A stretch of 64,000 nt of DNA from the human T2T-CHM13v2.0 reference genome, Homo sapiens: assembly GCF_009914755.1 (NCBI RefSeq), contig NC_060933.1; one strand, given 5' to 3'. The position numbers were made by a program, and so were the translations under genes. This document shows positions 29,471 through 41,867 of this stretch, piece by piece. Under the pieces are notes generated by a model. That model did not search any database. It saw nothing but the letters and a program-made list of their open reading frames with translations, and was not told the origin of the DNA. The number at the start of each line of letters is the position of its first letter. Position 1 is the first letter of the stretch.

Positions 29471-31345
29471 GTCAACTGAAATCCAGGTGTGCACTTTACT
29501 CGGTGTGGCAGATGGTTTACAGCCCCCTCAGCCATGTGCGTCTTCCCTGGCCAGGGCTGGCAGGGGCCATGTGTTTCCCTGTGGGCTCCCAGAGGCACCC
29601 TGTCCTCCTCGGCTTCTGAGGCCAGCCTCCTGGCTCAGGCCTGTACTCTGCTTTACTCTTGTTCATTTGAGCCCAGAGCCGCCTTTGTATCAGCCAGGGC
29701 CTTTCTGATAGCCTAGACCCGGTGAGACAGCAGATGAGCCCTCGTGGCATTTGCTTGAAGCATGCAGGGAGCAGGTACCACAGAAATGCAGAGTTTCACC
29801 TCGGTGGGTGTTCAGCTCTGGCATCTGAATGCTCTGTGTCAAGATCATGTGGTTAAGAAGGACTCTGTGATCATTCCCTTCCTACACACTCAAAAATCCC
29901 GTTTTGCAACACGGTTTACACTAATTATGTAAACAGGACTACAGGAGTAGGAAATAGTTAGAATAAACATACTTCAGGCACCTCAGAAGCACCCATTTAC
30001 ATACAAATGGCAGAAACCAGCAATTTAGTAATGAACTTTTAAATCTAATTTCAGTTGCTATGTGTATCTTTAACTACAAACTATCCTGTTGTAAAAAGAT
30101 TCCATTTTTAACCAATTTAAAAATTTTAAGGAATAGATATGTACCAGTATGTACCTTGATAAAACCAAAGGCTTTTTTCCTTTATGTCACTTTGGAAATA
30201 TTGCTATAGTTTTATTTCATCTTGGGGCAACAGTTCTTTTCCAGAGGAAGACAATTCCAGTGTTATTTTTAAGCAAGGAAAGAGAATTCAGTATTCAGAA
30301 CTCTAAGTCACTTATTCTTAAAAGCGGGCACAGTTCTACATGTTACTTTGCAAGGGTTTGGGATTGTCAGTTGGGGAAGATAGAAACCTCACATTGCAAA
30401 CAGCACCTCCAAAGCCTGGCAGCTGGAGGCCACGGCCCAGAGGTGGAGAAATCAGTGCAGTTCATTGGAATCACTCATCTAAGAAGACAGGATTGTGGTT
30501 TTACATGGTTCCTGGGGTGTTCTGAGAAGCTTATTAGGGGTTCCCACAGAATAAGTCATTTTCCATTTTTTGAAGAGATTATATTCCTCTACATCAGGTC
30601 CCAAAGATGCAGTTCTGTGGGCAACTGGGAAGTTGGAAACTGAATATGGTGAAAATGATCCCGTCACTATTCCTAGGAGCGTGGCTGTCTCCTCAGCACT
30701 CACGAGTGTGTGGTGTAGTAGGGGGCGGGGCTGTGGTGACTGCGAGGGAGGTCACAGGAGAGCTTATGCGGCGTCTGGGAGGCCCCTTGGTGTCCACTCC
30801 TAGTTGTGTGGTTCATGGGGCCTCGAGTTTTGTAGTTTGAAGATGACTCCCAAACTGACCCTGAGAATGAGTCCAACGGCAGGTGACACCCAGCTGCAAG
30901 AGGCTGTATCCTGAGATTGGAGTGTGTTATAGAGTAGGGGGCTAATTCTTCTCATGGTTAAAAACCAGCATCTCCCTATCTGTCTCTCCTAATTGCACAA
31001 AGGACTTGATGTGGATTATCACGTCACACTCCGCAAGGAAATGGCAAAACAAAAAGAAGTTTGGAGAAGCAAGGAAAGTACCAGTTGGAGTAGGAAGGCA
31101 AGCTTGGGAAGGGTGATGCAGGCGGCCTTGTCCCGAAGGCCTGCCTAGATGGAACGGGTCACCCTCGTGTGAACTATGACACCCAGAGCACAAAGGAGAC
31201 GGTGGAACCCATTTCACGTGGAGGGCAAGAATTGATTCCCTGGTGTTTGAGGCCATGACTCTTTTAAATGAATTGGTTTGCTTTGTCACTCAGGTAAATG
31301 CTTTGTGCTAACCAGAGCCATGAAGATTTCTCTTTTTTCCTAAAG

Positions 31346-31468
31346 GGAACTGAACAGCATGGGGATCTGGTATCGAATGGGCAGAGTACCAAGAAATCAT
31401 GACTCATCTCAACCCACAACGCCTTCCCAGTCATCAGCTGCCTCCACCCCAGCCCCCAACCTTCCCAG
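31346..31468 (+). CDS. MVB12B: MVB12B exon 6, 123 nt, phase 2-2: (G)ELNSMGIWYRMGRVPRNHDSSQPTTPSQSSAASTPAPNLP(R)
   Basis: tcttttttcctaaag acceptor, cag|gtgagg donor; end of MABP domain followed by an S/T/P-rich linker. Confidence 0.96.
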
Positions 31469-33400
31469 GTGAGGCCTTGTCGGGGTGTCTTGCGTTGTCC
31501 TGTGGTCTTAGGTCCCTGCACAACATTTTAGAACACCACCACTTAGTGTCTGCTGAAATACTGCAAAGTACAGCTGAATAATTGTAGAAGCAATATATCT
31601 TTAGAGGAGATTTTTAAAAATCCACTTGGAAATCTTTGCATTACATGAATGCAAAGGCCATTCTATAGTCTATTTTGTGCGTGTTCTGCAGGCTTCTAAA
31701 ATTGCAGATTATGCAACTTAAAATTGGCTCCCTATTCAAAAGAGCTGCTAGCTACACACAGACACGTGCTGTATAGCCATGGGGTTGGGATCACTGGCCT
31801 TAAGGTCAAATTCCTTCTCTGTCTTGGCCAGCAACTCATTTGAAACCCAGGAGGGTAGGTGAGTTCTTATATTCTTCATTTTCATATAATTTCTTTTTCC
31901 AATGAGCTATAAAGTAAGAAATGGGTAGTTTGGGTATGAGAGAATAGTGAGGAGTTTTTCAGGAAATGCTAGTTTTAACAATTGTCTCCGCAAAGAAACT
32001 TGGGTGAGCCAACTGTTTGCTCTGCAACTGATTTCAGTCATAACAGAGGTAGTAACAGTCTCTACACTTTCTGCAAAAAGAATCCTGTCAAATAAAAATC
32101 CTGTGCATCACTAGGAGTAAACTAAGGGCAAGGAACAAACAGCACTGATGGATTAAGCTTGAGAAAGGGATTGCAAAAGTAAATAAAACAAGAACGGTGA
32201 GGCAGCAACACTTAGGGATTGACATAACGTAAATGAGAATGGATCTCCAAGCTTCCACGTGGGTGAATAGAGATGAACAAAATCTGTCAGGAACCGGACA
32301 GAAGAGTCACCAGTAGGTCTTCCTGGGCCATCCACAATACAGCCTGCCCTCCGGGACATACCACCAGCTCTCTGTACTCTGTTCCTCTGTGCCAAGCCTC
32401 CGTCTCACTTGGAAGAATGTGCTGTAATGAGGCTCCAAAGCCCTGAGGACTCTGTCCTCTGGGACATCCCCCTATAAAGACAATCTGGTCCTTCTCATGA
32501 CAGTTTCACAAACCAAGAGTGGTATTTAAACTTAACTACCCCTGGAATTGCCTGAAACTTTAGAAGTAGTTTTCAGTTTCATTTGGCATAAAAAGATAGG
32601 AATCTCTAATAAGCCTCCCAGAGTTGCAGGGTGAACAGTTGAGTCTCTGTTGGGTTCAAGAGTGTGAGGTTCGCACTGCCCATCAGCACTTGTTCCTCAC
32701 TTCTGAGCCAGAGCGCTGTCAGCTCCGCCCTGGAGGGCACTGCTGAGGGTCACTGTCTCCTGTGCTCAAGGCTATATCAGGTGTGTCACCTGTGCTGGGG
32801 AGTCAGCTAAGTCCATCACCTGTGTGTCGGGGTCCTCCATCACCTGTGCTGAGGCCCATCACTTGTACTTGGAGCAGCTCAAGTGTGGGCTCCTTGCAGA
32901 GGCTGGAAAGCCCCCACAGGAGCAGTTGCCCTGAAGTTGTTACAGCTGCTCCCTGCTGACATCATGTGGTCTAGAAGGGCCCAGAAATGGGCACCACCTC
33001 AGGCAGGTTTTGACTTTCTGTGGTTAAAGAAAGAACACCAGTTCTCTCAGATAAAGCAGAGAGAGCTCTCAGAAGCCTGCTGGTGACTGTGAGAGCAAAG
33101 TCACTTGCACCTGAAGCAAGACAGCCGAGAACACCGAGCCACCGGCAGCCTGGTGGGTTTGGAGGGTAGTGCGTCAGAACCAGATGTTTATAAGGCTTAT
33201 GTATTTTATCACCTCTGCTGTACAGTTTATGGTTTACAATGGCTGCAAGGAAATCGGATCAGTTTTGTTTTACTTGCCAAATAAAACAAATGTCAAAATA
33301 GTCAATATAAAATGTATTCTAATTTGGCTGAGTTAAGTCAGCCAATATGCAACAGGATAATTGAATGTTCATTAATGCTTCCAAGTAAAAGCCATTTGTC
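31469..33400 (+). other. MVB12B: Alternative terminal extension of exon 6 (stop TGA at 31470-31472 plus 3' UTR) of a short MVB12B isoform
   Basis: Unspliced donor reads AGG TGA; AATAAA at 32091, 32182 and 33280, AGTAAA at 33384, GU-rich tract at ~33468-33508; region is poor in repeats; the 3' end is approximate. Confidence 0.7.
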
Positions 33401-34427
33401 TGTCCCAAGTTCTCCTGTGCGGTAATTTACAGGTAGGATGCACACCTATGTAAGCCTCATCCATCAGGGTTTTTTGGTTTTTGTGGGGTTTTTTTGTGTG
33501 TTGTTTTCCTATCCAGTATCTTTGATTTATTTTAAAATGAAATGTTGATTATTCATTCAAATTTTCCATTGAAGACCTAGGAAAGGATGAGTATGCTGTT
33601 TTATTCCTTGAGGCTTCAGGTCTCTACACTCTCCAGAGGAGGAATCTGATCACCTCCCCTCTGGTGGGGAGCAGTGGCTGGGGCTTGTGCTCCGAGTGCT
33701 GGGGGTCTACCAGGAGCCTATAGGGTAAGGCAGGCCCCTCAGTGGGGCCTGCAGGGCTGCACACCAGCTCCGGGATTTCCTGTCTTCCCTTTCCCAGCCA
33801 GAGCCCCAGACATTAAGCTGCGCTGGCAGCCTCCTCCTCCCCTGGCTTCTGCGCCTTTGCTCCCGGTGCTCCCTGCACATGAGGTGTGTTTGACAGGTCT
33901 CAGCGCAGAGGACTTCTCTCCCGGGAAGCCCTCCCAGAGGCTCCTGGGCTGGGCCTGTGCTGGGTCTTCTTCTGTGAGCGCTTCCGGGGCATCTCGAGCC
34001 CGTGTGGTGGTGAGGGCATGTGGTGAGCCTCCGAGGAGCTCCCCAGCGCCTGCCTGAATCCAGGCACGAATTCAGTTTCACCATAAATGCGTCCCTGGCA
34101 ACCCCTCCAGACTACTCCCTGGTCCCTGAGCACTGCGCGGGTCTTTTCCTATGGCGAGAGTAATCCAGGCTTGTAGAAAATTGGCAGAATGTAGAAAGTA
34201 TGAAAAAACAGGAATTCCATTTCCCACGAGCAGATGCTTATAACCTTTTGTTATATTTCCCTCAAGTCTTTTTCTTGTGTACTTTTTACATAGGTGATAT
34301 CATATCGTGTAATAGCAAGTCTGCATCTTGCTACTCTTTTCTCAGGTAGCCTTAACCATAAACCTGAGAACCACGTCCAGTGCGGTCTTTGTGTGGCGTG
34401 GATCGGGCCTCTGGGAGCGCGGTGACG

Positions 34428-34446
34428 CAGCGCCCTCTACTGCCCA
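34428..34446 (-). promoter_or_regulatory. Probable CTCF binding site in a CpG-rich patch
   Basis: Minus strand TGGGCAGTAGAGGGCGCTG closely matches the CTCF core CCASYAGRKGGCRS. Confidence 0.6.
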
Positions 34447-35544
34447 GCCGTGGCGGTGGCGGGGAATGCGGTTCTGAGCCGGAGCTAGTGGCAGGCTCTT
34501 TCGCCGCAGAGCCCTGGCCCAGGCCAGCCAGGAGGACCTAGGAAGCGGTGGGTCACAGATCTTGCTGCCTTCTTGAGTCTGTATTCCTCTCCAAAGCCAA
34601 AACCATGTGCTCCGCCTCCATTTCTTGTGTCATCGCTCAGATTTCAAAGAATTTCCTGCCATTTTTTGGAATGCCGTTCATTCCCAGCTTTACTTCAGAC
34701 AAAGGTGGATCTTTGCACCGTCTGTAGGCCATCACCTGAGGACCTCGTGGTTCTAGCAGCACTGCCTTCTCTGTCCAAAAGCAGGAACTGCCTCTAGAAG
34801 CAGGAGCTTCCCGCAGAAGCTCCGTTATTGCAGAAAATGCTGTGGTGTCACCGGCTTTGGAGTTGTCCTTTTGGAGCAGGCAGGTCCCCAGGGAGAGGGA
34901 TGCTCCTGGGCTGTATCCAGTGAGTTGGTGGCTAAGGTGGTAGAAGGTAGCTTGGCAGAGCTCCTCTCCCTCATACAGTGATGCTTCATCTCACATACAG
35001 ACATCGCCACACACATCTCTTGACTGTCTTCTAGTGAAGAAGGGCAGCCACTTCTTCTGGGACCCAGAGCCTCTCCATATCTCTGGCCGCAGGCGCTCCA
35101 TCCCCTGCCTGCCTATGTCATGCACGTCGATCAACAGGAGAGAGCTGGCCTGGGGACGGAGGCACAGTCCCATCTCTGTGGCCCTCTTTGGGGCTGGGCC
35201 CAGCTTTGTGAGTCAGCCTTGGGCATGTGATCAGATGGTGGGGTTTCTGATTCAGCTCTGTGATGCTGTCTGGGGCAGGGGGCCAAGAGAGGAAACACCT
35301 TCCTGGCCTCTATCAGAGCAGCCCCTCCACCGTCTGTCACATGCAGGGCGTCACCTTTTTCTGCTGGGAAGAAGAGGTTCCGCTGCTGCTGGGACAGAGG
35401 TTGGGAAGAGCCCCAGGAGGCAGGTGGGCTCACAACCGCTGGAGCACCAGAAGTCCCCAGTGTGATAAGGGAATGGCTCTGTGTCGACCCAGGAGGAGTC
35501 CCCTGGTGGGCTGCAGCCCTCTAGCTCAGCAAGCAGCAGAACCA

Positions 35545-36230
35545 TGGCTTGATAAAGACATCAGAGGCATGCTTATCAAATTTGCAGATGATGCAGAGTC
35601 ATTAGGGTGAGCTGACGTGCTGAATGATAGAATCAATACTCTGCATCTCCTCTACAGCCAGAACAACCTGCTGGAGCCATGGGAGGCGATGGGCGCAGGC
35701 GGAGAGGGCCCCCGAGGTTCAAAAATCCATCACACAGGAGCCAAACTGAGGCCTGGCTTAGCAGCTAAGTGTGTGAAATGGCGGGGGTCGGAGCGTGGGT
35801 GTGTGGAGTACAGCCTGGTGTGCACAGCGGGAGGCCCTGAGTGGAGTCCTGCTCCTGGGGCGTGTGCACTGCCTCACACCACCAGGCAGAGGTTACCCAA
35901 ATCCAGTGTCAAGTTTGAGGAATCCAGTTTGGAGCTGAGTAGAGACAGGCCAGCCTGCTGCAGATGTCTTAAGGGTCAATGGCAGGAGAGAAAGTAGAAG
36001 TGTTTCCAGGTGGGGATGGAGGGGTGGAGAGATGGCTGGGGGCTCCAGAAGGCAGAATTAGGTCAGGTGGACTGAAGTTACAAGGAGATAGATTTAGGCT
36101 TAACACTTTAAAAAAATCAGTAAAGACAGCTTCCCCAAGGTGAAAATTCTGTGGCATCAAGAAGCTGACCTGAGGGGTGATGCGCTCCCAGATGCTAGGG
36201 GTGGTCAGACGGCATTTGGATCCTTCAGAC
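35545..36230 (+). mobile_element. L3/CR1 LINE remnant with RT FADD motif
   Basis: Translates LDKDIRGMLIKFADDAESLG, matching the CR1 RT LIKFADDTKLGG motif; downstream gaagttacaaggagatagatttaggct is L3-like. Confidence 0.7.
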
Positions 36231-38126
36231 TGCAGGAGAACTAGAGCAATCAGTGTTTCTTAAGCCGTATTTAAGGAACTTGTCATATTCCCTCTCCCCA
36301 CCTACAGAAATTCAGGTTCGGCAGAACTACGTGTTAGGGTCACAGACACCTTGTCCAGAGAACTTCAGGGCCCTGCAGTGGGCAGGGAGGGCACAGAGCA
36401 GTGGGCCTTGGTTTCAGAGGTCCTCAAGCCGCCGTCGATGCTGCTTCTGTATCTGACTTGCAGCCATTGCCTTCCTCCACTCACCAGTGCCGAGGTCAGA
36501 GGAGGAGGCATGGATAGTGGAGAGTTGCTGCTGTGCAGCCTCCCTGAGAGGGAAGGCTCAGAGGGGCCTCCCACAACGTCCGGGGCCCTCCCTTGGTGAT
36601 GCGGACACCGTGTCTCCGTCCAGGGTAGGCAGGCATGAGCTGACGATGGGTGGTATTCTGTCCCTTTCAGAGTCTGTCAGAAACATGTAGTCTGGCCTCC
36701 AGCTGGCTAGGATTTTCGGGACATCTCATGTTTATGTGAACATCCATCCTGCGGGGGCTCTCCTAGAAAATCTGCAATGTGTGGTTCCAGTAGCCTCACC
36801 CCACCCTTCCTGCTGACCTGGGCTGTCCTCACCATGGTCCTGAGGGAGAAGCTGCTGCCCAAACTCTCCTCCCCACAGACCCCAGGCCATGGGCACATCC
36901 TGTGACCTTTCCCTAACACTGTCTCTCTTGGGGGAAAGGGTTATTTTCCCACCCGAAGTCACAGAGCATTTCCCAGCCATTGAGTTCTGACCGGCAGCCT
37001 CCCCTGCAAGATGCAGCTCCCAGGAGCCTCTTGGAGTGTCAGCCAGGCCTGGGTTGCCCGTAGGAGGTGACGTGTTGCTCGCTATTGCAGTCATCTTCCT
37101 GTAATTTGTCAGCTCCCAGCAAGTTGTCAGTCACAGGTTCGGAAGTATGTTTCTTAGTGACAGACATAATTGTACTTAACTTTTTGCATGGATGTTATCA
37201 ATCTGTGACAGATACTCTGGGAAATGGGGCATTTTGATTGCAGAAGATCTGTCACATGCATTTAGTCTTCCTCTCAGGGACACCAGGATTCAGTCACAAC
37301 TTTTGCATGTCGATGTCAGGTTTTGAGAACATAGATCCTTGCTGACCTCAAAAATCGTTCCATCACTCTGATCCCAGGGCTGTCATCGGAAAGGTTAATG
37401 GCCCTTCCTAGAGGAGAGGAAAAATCATGCCGTGGTGATCTAGAATTCAGGCCGTGCTGCCCAGGCTTGTCCCCCATCACATCATTGTCAGAAGCCCATG
37501 AGCGTGCCACGCTCCGTCCTGGCCTCTCCAACCCCGCCTTCCCTCTGGACATGGGGATCAACTCCATTACTTTCTGATTAACTCGCAGAGTAAGTCAGCA
37601 GTTGGGGCGGAGCCTTAGGTCACTGGCTGGAGCCTTGTTGTCCACACTGACAGCCTCAAATCCTTCGGCTGCCTTCTGTCCGTTTTCAATTGTAAGATGG
37701 CCCTTGTACCCCAGATGACATGTCACCTGTCCTGTTGTTGCAGGACTTGAACGAAAGGCCCAGAATCCCACAGATCAGGGAGGCTGAGTTTTCCTTTTCC
37801 TGTTGAGGTGTTTACCTACCTGTTCAGAGTGGCAAAAGGCTTGGTGCTGGAGGCATTTGCCTGTGAGAAGTTTCTCCCTAGGGTTCAGTAGGGGAAGGCT
37901 CAGTGCAGAGGATTGGAGTTGAAATCTGTGGTTTCATGTAAGGTGCATCATTTATGAGAGGGGTTCTGTGTATCCCAGGTGATTCCAATGACTCTTTTTG
38001 TCCCCTAGTAATAAATTGTGACATGGATTTTGAGCTCCACTTCCATAGTGGCAAGAAATGGTTTGGGGGCAGGTGAGCTAAGCAATGGAGCACTCTGTCC
38101 TGGTCCCATCAAAAGAGGGCTTGGGG

Positions 38127-38428
38127 CGCTGGGTGTGGTGGCTCATGCCTGTAATCCTAGCACTTTGGGAGGCTGAGACGGGAGGATCACTTGAGTTCAG
38201 GAGTTCAAAACAAGTCTGTGCAACATGGCAAAACCCCGTCTCTACAAAAAAATCAAATACAAAAATTAGCTGGGTGTGGTGGCACAAGCCTGTGGTCCTA
38301 GCTACTCAGGAGGCTGAGTGAGAGGATCACTTGAGCCCGGAAATCAAGGCTGTAGTGAGCTGTGATCATGATTCCTCCATTGCATTCCAGCCTGGGCGAC
38401 AGTGCAAGACCCTATCTTAAAAAAAAAA
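38127..38428 (+). mobile_element. Alu (AluJ-like) with TSD gagggcttggg
   Basis: Forward Alu consensus, A-tail, flanking duplication. Confidence 0.9.
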
Positions 38429-39600
38429 TGGAAGAAGAAGACGAGGGCTTGGGCCCTGGTTTTCTGGCTTGGGGGCCTTCAGACACTTCTGCAGGTCATG
38501 TCCAGGCATAACTATGGGTCTGGCTTCACTTGGAAAAATTAGATTTCCTCTTCCTTCACACTAAAGCCACACATGCTTTTTGTTTGTTTTACCTCTAAAG
38601 ACAGAACATACATTTTCATTGTCTTTTAAGATGAAGACTGTAGCGCAGGGTTCTTTACACAAGGAGCACGGACATCAGCACGGGGGTGTGAATGATCCCG
38701 CTGCGCAAGTGGCACCTTCCAGCCGAAAGGACCAGCAGCCAGCCCTGTCTCAGAGACGAGCCCTCTGGAGGGGTCGAACCTGAACACTAAATCAAAGATG
38801 GATCTGGGGTGGGCTTCTGGGGCTCAGGTATTGTTTCTGTAAATAGCCTGCATTTACATTCTTTGCCTGTAACCTTAAAGTCTGTGGTGACCTGATAACT
38901 GCACTGGGGTTTTCAGACACACATATGTTCCTTTTTCCTCAATCGAGAACTTCACTGGCTTCCTGTTATCCGACCGCCCCCCACACATCCTCTTACATTA
39001 ATTAGGTGAGTCTCCTCTTGGCTCCGGGGCACACCATTCTTATTCCAAAAGCATCTCTGCTCTGGCCTTCACCATGCACCTCAGTTTGTACCAGCCCCTT
39101 CCCTCCTGGAAGAGTTAGGCTGGACTCCAGAATGCTTAGGATTGGCCCTGGCCAGCCCCACCCCAGGCCTATAGTAGCCCACATCACTGCTAGAAAGCCT
39201 GGCCTGCGTCGTTTTCCTTCTTCTCCTCCAGTTGCCTGCGTCATACAGCCTGGCATCTCACAGTTCCCTGTCATTGCTGCGTGTATTTCTGTTTGATCTT
39301 ACTGACTAGATTTGCTGCTTACTGATGACAGAGATCCTCATGTTTTCCTTTTTCTCCTTTAAAGCCTCAAAAGAGGCTAGTCACACAGAAATAGCAATGA
39401 TGATCATATTGCATCACCGTTCATCAAATTTGAGCAAGTACTTTCAACCATGTCATCTCGTTCCATGCTCACAGTAAGTGCTCAGTGGAAAATGTGTGGC
39501 CCCAAGATGGTAAAGAACTCTGAATTCCAGGTGGCTGACATGTGTTAGGCACCCAGAAAGTATTTATTGGATGCAGAAAGTGAGTTAGTTTAATACATAG

Positions 39601-40024
<424 letters not shown>

Positions 40025-41821
40025 AACTCGTTTAATTCTAATAATAGCTCTGTGAGTCAGTTACTATTATCAGCCCAGGTTTAAGTTGAGGAAACTGAGG
40101 GTGAGGAGGTTAAATCCCTTGCCCAAGGTCATACAGTTAGCAAGTGTCAGGGCTAGGATCTGCACCCAAGCAGGCAAGCTACTGTTAGTGTGCAGACTGT
40201 CACGAGGCCCCCAGCCGTGAAGCCTCTCATCAGGGAGCCAAGCATGTGCCTGGAAGGGCTGGTGGGTAGGTGGGGTGCCCATTCAGGTGGCCCCGCCATC
40301 TTCCTGTGCAGCTTCTCCAGGCTCCTGACCAGCAACTGGTGAATGAGGACTTCCCAGGGCGTGTGGGTGGGGAACTCATCCCACAGAGGCCCCTCTGGTC
40401 AGAAACCGCCTAAGCGGTCTTAGGGAGACGTGTGAACTTTGGCCGGTGTCCAGCACACTTGCACTGTGGTCGCCGACTGAGGGAACATGTGGAGGCCAGC
40501 CCAGGAGGTCCCAGCACCACCATCCCTCCCTCGCTTTGAAGCGGGCGTTTAAGCAGGGTTACGAGCAGTGTGGTTGATTCTGGTGATCGTGAGAGTGGCA
40601 TGAAAGAGACCTACAGAGCGAGGTTATTTGAATATCTTCAAAATGCTCGTGAACAGAGCGGCGGCCGCTCTTGGACCCGTATCAAACTTAGTTTTGGTGT
40701 CAGAGTAATTTTGAAGGGGAAATTTCATTAGAATGCAGTTCGGTATTGTTAGATATGAATGATGAGTTTAGGCTGAGCAATACACTTTTTGATATTAATT
40801 TTTAATACAGCTTCTTGGGAAGTCAGAGCTTCTATTTAATGAAGAATTGACGATTCGTCAGTTCAGCTCCCGCTTCGGAGCTGGCCTTGGCGTTCGCAGT
40901 CTCATGTCAGATTTTTGACAAGGTATTTGCTGCTTGTAAATGTGTTATCTTTGTAATTTTGGTGAATTTCTGAGTGTCTTATTTTTCTCAGTGGTCATGG
41001 TGGTTATGTTTGCTTTTTTGTTGTTATCGTCCCGAGAAGCAGGGTTAGAAATGGGAAATTATTCCCTTCTGAGTCCAGCTCGCGAGTGCACGAGGGCTCT
41101 TTGTGCAGTTGGTTTCAGCGCCAGGGTTTTGAGAAAGGCTTTTTTCAGGATTATGAAAATAGTTTTCTGTGTGTCAGAACAGATTTATCAGTTCACTTTA
41201 GGGTCGGTTTTGTGAACCAGACCATTTAGAGAAGGATATTTTACCTTTTATCAGAGTGGAAGCTGACAGTCTATTTGCAGGTAGCTCTGTGGAATGTTTC
41301 ACCTGGGTCTCTCAGTGTAAATCTAGCTGCCAAATAAAGTAAAAATGGGCGTTAAACCAGCGATATTTCCCAGGATTTTACTACCACCCCCTACCCCCCG
41401 CCCCAACTATGCTGCTCTATTTCGATGCAGAGTTTCAATTATTAATTGGGATATTTAATAAAATCCTTTGCTTGCAGTTACTTTTAAAAGGCCTTTTGAG
41501 TTTATTTGGGTTCAGTTTTTGCCAGTGGGTAGGGTAGAATTCAATCTGAATATCCTTCATGAGCAGCAGATGTTTTGTTTCCAGTTGAATAATAATATTA
41601 ATAATTATTATTATTAGAATAAATACAATTATTATTATCATCATTATTATTTCAGCTGTAATTTTCTGGGCTTCTTGTGCCAGGCATTGTGTAAACGTTA
41701 TATATATATGTACACACCTACACACACAGAGATAGATATATATGTAGTTTTAATCTTTATAACCATGTTGTGAGGTGAATAATTGTGTCCTCATTTTATT
41801 TTGTTTTGGTTTTGTGGGGGG

Positions 41822-41867
41822 TTTTTTTTTTTGAGACGAAGTCTTGCTCTGTCACCCAGGCTGGCGT
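41822..41867 (-). mobile_element. Very short Alu 3' fragment interrupting a MIR
   Basis: polyT-GAGACGAAGTCTTGCTCTGTCACCCAGGCTGG, then abrupt return to MIR-like sequence. Confidence 0.75.

Noticed and set aside
31280-31299. Upstream cag|gtaaat near exon 6 as an alternative acceptor or recursive site
   Set aside because: Would add 52 nt and frameshift; donor part is weak; no independent support
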